A stretch of DNA of 64,000 nucleotides from Octopus sinensis. Its lineage: Eukaryota. Of this stretch, positions 60,355 through 64,000 are shown piece by piece (position 1 is the stretch's first letter; every line of letters starts with the position of its first letter). Under the pieces are notes generated by a model that was given only the letters and a program-made list of their open reading frames with translations, was not told where the DNA came from and did not search any database. Location of the stretch: the NCBI RefSeq assembly GCF_006345805.1, contig NC_043013.1, positions 32,550,001-32,614,000 of the forward strand, read 5' to 3'. A program made the translations under genes and the position numbers.

Positions 60355-60677
60355 AAGACTCCACCGGTTACGACGACGAGGGTCCCAGCTGATACGATCA
60401 ACGGAACAGCTTGCTCGTGAAATTAACGTGCAAATGGCTGAGCATTCCACAGACACGTGTACCCTTAACGTAGTTCTCGGGGATAATCAGCATGACACAT
60501 AGAGTGACAAGGCTGACCCTTTGAAATACAAGTACAACTCATTTTTGCCAGCTGAGTGGACTGGAGCAACGTGAAATAAAGTGTCTTGCTCAAGGACACA
60601 ACGCGTCGCCGGGAATCGAACTCACAACCTTACGATCATGAGCCGAATACCCTAACCACTAAGCCATGCGCCCTCAC
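60355..60677 (-). mobile_element. Near full-length young tRNA-derived SINE with CORE-like domain
   Basis: Minus head AGGGCGCATGGCTTAGTGGTTAGGGTATTCGGCTCATGATCGTAAGGTTGTGAGTTCGATTCCCGGCG (A and B boxes), then TGTGTCCTTGAGCAAGACACTT. It lacks a complete acceptor stem, so it is not a tRNA. Confidence 0.85.
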
Positions 60678-62702
60678 CCAACAGCTTATATACAACCCAC
60701 AAAGATGCTTGTAGATACATACATAAATGCACATCAACCACCTCCATTCATCCTGCGTGTATATACATGTGACCACAATAAATGTGTTCAAAGTTACCAC
60801 CTTGTGTTTTATACATTCTTTATCGGGTTCCTACCACAATAACATAACAGCCTTCTGAATGGAGTCTCATTAGATGATACCGCAACATATAACATCTAAA
60901 ATGGTGACCACTGATATGAACACAGATTTCTAAAATGGTAACCCAGCATGGGAGATGAACATATTCATCTAAAGTGGTGAACCCCAATGTGGAAAACATT
61001 TCTGTCTAAAAGTTTATATACCTAAAAGTTTATATACACTCTTGCATCTTTCCTGTTCATTGTGGCTCTGGGCTATTCATTATAATTTGCAACATCAAAT
61101 GCTTAAATAGCAGGTTCCCAAATAGCCCCTCATAAAAACGCAGACATTCTGAAGTTGCAATTATGGTTGAGATTATATGGTTAATGTAGCTTTTCCGATG
61201 CTATCAAAGATGCTCAGCTTCTTCCTTAATGAGTTAAGGAAACTGTGAAAGAGCTCTGACTGCACATCAGTGACAATAAAACTCAGTTTATAGTTTTTCA
61301 GCCAGCCAAAAGAACACAAGTTATCCTCAAAGGTTGCAAACTTGAAATGTGTAACTACCTACTTACCTTCTGCATCAGCTGCAGATGAAGACCATCAACC
61401 ACTTGTCTCCAGAATTCCCTCTCCTGCATTGCTCTTGGTAAATCAGTCTTCAGATGACTGGAGTCTACTGTTTGAGAAATGGAAAGATAACCCCATAAGT
61501 CACTTTCCATGTGTTGGTTCATACATCAGCATTTGATTCACTACTTCATCTTCACTACAAAGGCAATATTCACAGAATCTCAGTCTGTTTTCTTTTATGG
61601 TGGAGATAATTCTTTGGAAGATTACCATTAAGAGGCTGGTTTATTGCATGGGACTGCCATTTGATATTGACCGCTGCTCTCAGAAAGTCTCATGTATGTT
61701 CTATCTAGTTTTCTTCCTGTTGCTTTAAAGTCTATGAAATGTGTAAAAGACTTCAAATATCTGGGATCATGGAAAGAAAACACAAAGATAGACAATTCAA
61801 TTGAATTGGCATGGCCAGCAATTAACAAAATATCTGCAATACAGAAGTGAAATCTTTTTTTTTGTTTTTCTTTTTTTTTTTTAAGCTGTTGTAGGAAGCA
61901 TTCTGATATATGGATCTGAATGTTAAGTACTGGCAAAAACAATATAAGTAAACTAAATGGAATACATAGTAAAATGTTAAGGAGAGTGAAGGACATGTTT
62001 TAGGGGACCAATGTTTAACAACAGTCCAGCTGTAAAAACCTTGCCAAAACTGACCTCACCTGTGCTTGTGCCACGAAAAAAACACTTAGTCAACCCTGCT
62101 GAGTGGTTGGTGTTATAAGCTGTAAAATTCCTGCCAAAACAGTCTCAGAAATTGGTGCCGGCTTCGGCCTTGTTGGATCTTGTGAAACTGTCCCACCCAT
62201 GCTAGCATGGAAAGCGGATGTTAAACGATGATGATGATGATTAATAGGCACTATCAAACAATGCAGATTTAAGTTCAAATATTTCTCCGTGGATGAGGTC
62301 TTGTGATATGTGGATATCATAAATCCACTCATTATTATTTTCCTTTTCTATTGTAAACTGTAGTAAAGGCATTATTGAGTTCATGTGATCCAGCAGTGCT
62401 TGCATTTCTTCCTGGGGAAGCTGGAATATAAAAAGTGCCGGCTAGATATCTCAGCTGCATGGTTGGTTTAAACGTTGTCCCAAAAACCATTTCCTCAAAG
62501 TGTTCCATCTGTGTTGGCCATCACTGGGGAACAACAACATACTTATGGCTAAGCCTTCTTGTCAATGTAGGTCACACCTCTTTTGGAAGTATGTTCATGA
62601 CCTTTGGTAATTTGTTGTGCTTAGGAAGACTTGACAAGCCTAATGAAATTGTACTTTTGGCCAGTGCCATGACACAAAACAGCTTCTTTGCTGGTGATGC
62701 TT

Positions 62703-63052
62703 AAAATCACCTGTGCCGGTAACGTGTATAAGCACCTGTGCTGGTAATGCATATAAGCACCCGTGCTGGTGACACATATAAGAACCCGTGCTGGTGACGC
62801 ATATAAGCACCTGTGCTGGTGACACATATAAGCACCTGTGCTGGTGATGTGTATAAGCACCCGTGCCAGCGACGCGTAAAAGCTCCCGTGCCTGCGACGC
62901 GTATAAGCACCCGTGCCGGCGATGCGTATAAGCACCCGTGCCGGCGACGCGTATAAGCACCCATGCAGGCAATGCATATAAGCACCTATGCTGGCGATGC
63001 ATAAAAGCACCTGTGCTGTCGATACGTTAAAGTACCCGTGCCGGTGATGTGT
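62703..63052. repeat. 25-bp minisatellite, 14 units
   Basis: Consensus ataagcacccgtgc[c/t]gg[c/t]gacgc[a/g]t with no spacers. The unit matches the internal repeat of SINE family C (gcttttacgtgccaccggcacgggt, reverse strand); more copies at ~63670-63745. Confidence 0.92.
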
Positions 63053-63129
63053 AGCTACCATCTGATAAAGAAAAGGAATCACTTCACATTGAAAGAATAC
63101 AGGCAGCTAACTCAGCAAAGGAGTGATGC

Positions 63130-63480
63130 ACTGCATATGTGTGATCTCCCAGAAATTCTCAAAGCCAGTCTCCCATTAACACCTTTCATCAGTTGTCAGT
63201 GTTCAGTGTATCATTCACTAAATAGGTTCTTTGCAGATGTTATCAACCCTCTAATAGATAAATATCAGCCCTATCTAAATATTTCAACATGACTAGTAGA
63301 CATAATTAAATATAGTCTCATTCATTCCAACAAGATAGTGGGTTTGGATGTGGTGAGCCTATTTACCAAGAATCTCACAGATGAGGCTCTATCGGTTGAG
63401 ATGTAATGAAATTGGATTCTTCAATTGGAGAATGTACCAGTGATCCAAAAGATAACTTGATGAAGATGTTAACATTCAGT
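63130..63480 (+). mobile_element. Penelope-like RT remnant
   Basis: LPEILKASLPLTPFISCQCSVYHSLNRFFADVINPL and IVGLDVVSLFTKNLTDEAL resemble PLE LPKIHKPD.PLRPIVS...L.PL and SFDVVSLFTNIP.DEA. Confidence 0.7.
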
Positions 63481-64000
63481 GTACAACAAATAACATCATC
63501 ATCATTGTAGTTGTTTAATGTCAGCTTTCATATTGGCATGAGTTAGACAGCTTGATGGGAATTGGTAAGCTGGAGAGTTGCACCAGGTTCCAATCTGAAT
63601 TTGGCTTAGTTTCTACAGTTGGATGTCCTTCCAAATGCCAACCCCTCTGAGAGTGTAGTGTGTGCCTTTTCCACATCACCGGCACAGGTGCTTTTATGTG
63701 TCATCGACACGGGTGCTTTTATGCGTCACCGGCACGGGTGCTTTCTTATCTTGCAGTAGCTACCATCTCCTACTAGGCTTACTAGTTTTCCTTAGTATTC
63801 CAGTTTATCAATACTAAATGCCTTTTTTTCTGCCTGCTGTAGTATCATTATACTGGTACCATTCTGCAAAGTTCTAATAACCATTCTTTTCCATCTTGTG
63901 GTGATCAGTTTGGAAAGCCTTGCCTTTCTTCAGTGCTTGTCTCACTTTCCATCTGATCTCATCAGACAGACCAGTAGTAAATAGACCTCTTCTAATACAG

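Noticed and set aside
60605-60677. Second tRNA gene
   Set aside because: tRNA-like A/B boxes are present, but there is no acceptor stem and the sequence continues into a CORE-like SINE body.
62703-63052. Regular 25-bp repeats as a CRISPR array or repetitive protein (ORFs 62621-63082, 62640-63002, 62707-62985)
   Set aside because: The units are head-to-tail with no unique spacers, no cas genes are present and the context is eukaryotic. ORFs in several frames are a by-product of the repeat.

Overview
AT-rich, microsatellite- and SINE-dense animal genomic DNA. The repeat families match those I recognise from octopus, so a cephalopod origin is inferred. There are no bacterial features and no CRISPR array. 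Well-supported genes: (1) a centriolar/ciliary TALPID3 (KIAA0586) homologue encoded by one ~6 kb uninterrupted minus-strand exon (6542-12601+); (2) an intact tRNA-Lys(UUU) gene with a canonical 19-nt intron (15487-15578, minus), followed directly by a SINE-like 3' tail; (3) the four coding exons of mitochondrial ATP synthase subunit c (ATP5MC/ATP5G, 50154-55008, minus), sharing a bidirectional promoter with an unidentified plus-strand gene. Weaker candidates: a phase-compatible orphan spliced ORF (18529-24371, plus), a first exon at ~31415-31490 (minus) followed by a structured GC-rich intron start, and a gene starting almost at the ATP5MC poly(A) site. The rest is transposon debris (Dong/R4, Penelope-like, RTE, Merlin, pogo, piggyBac-like and hAT MITEs, tRNA-derived SINEs), a ~2.7 kb nested foldback palindrome and tandem repeats. 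Most short ORFs in the supplied track are spurious. Splice sites and motifs were read by eye and no database searches were run.
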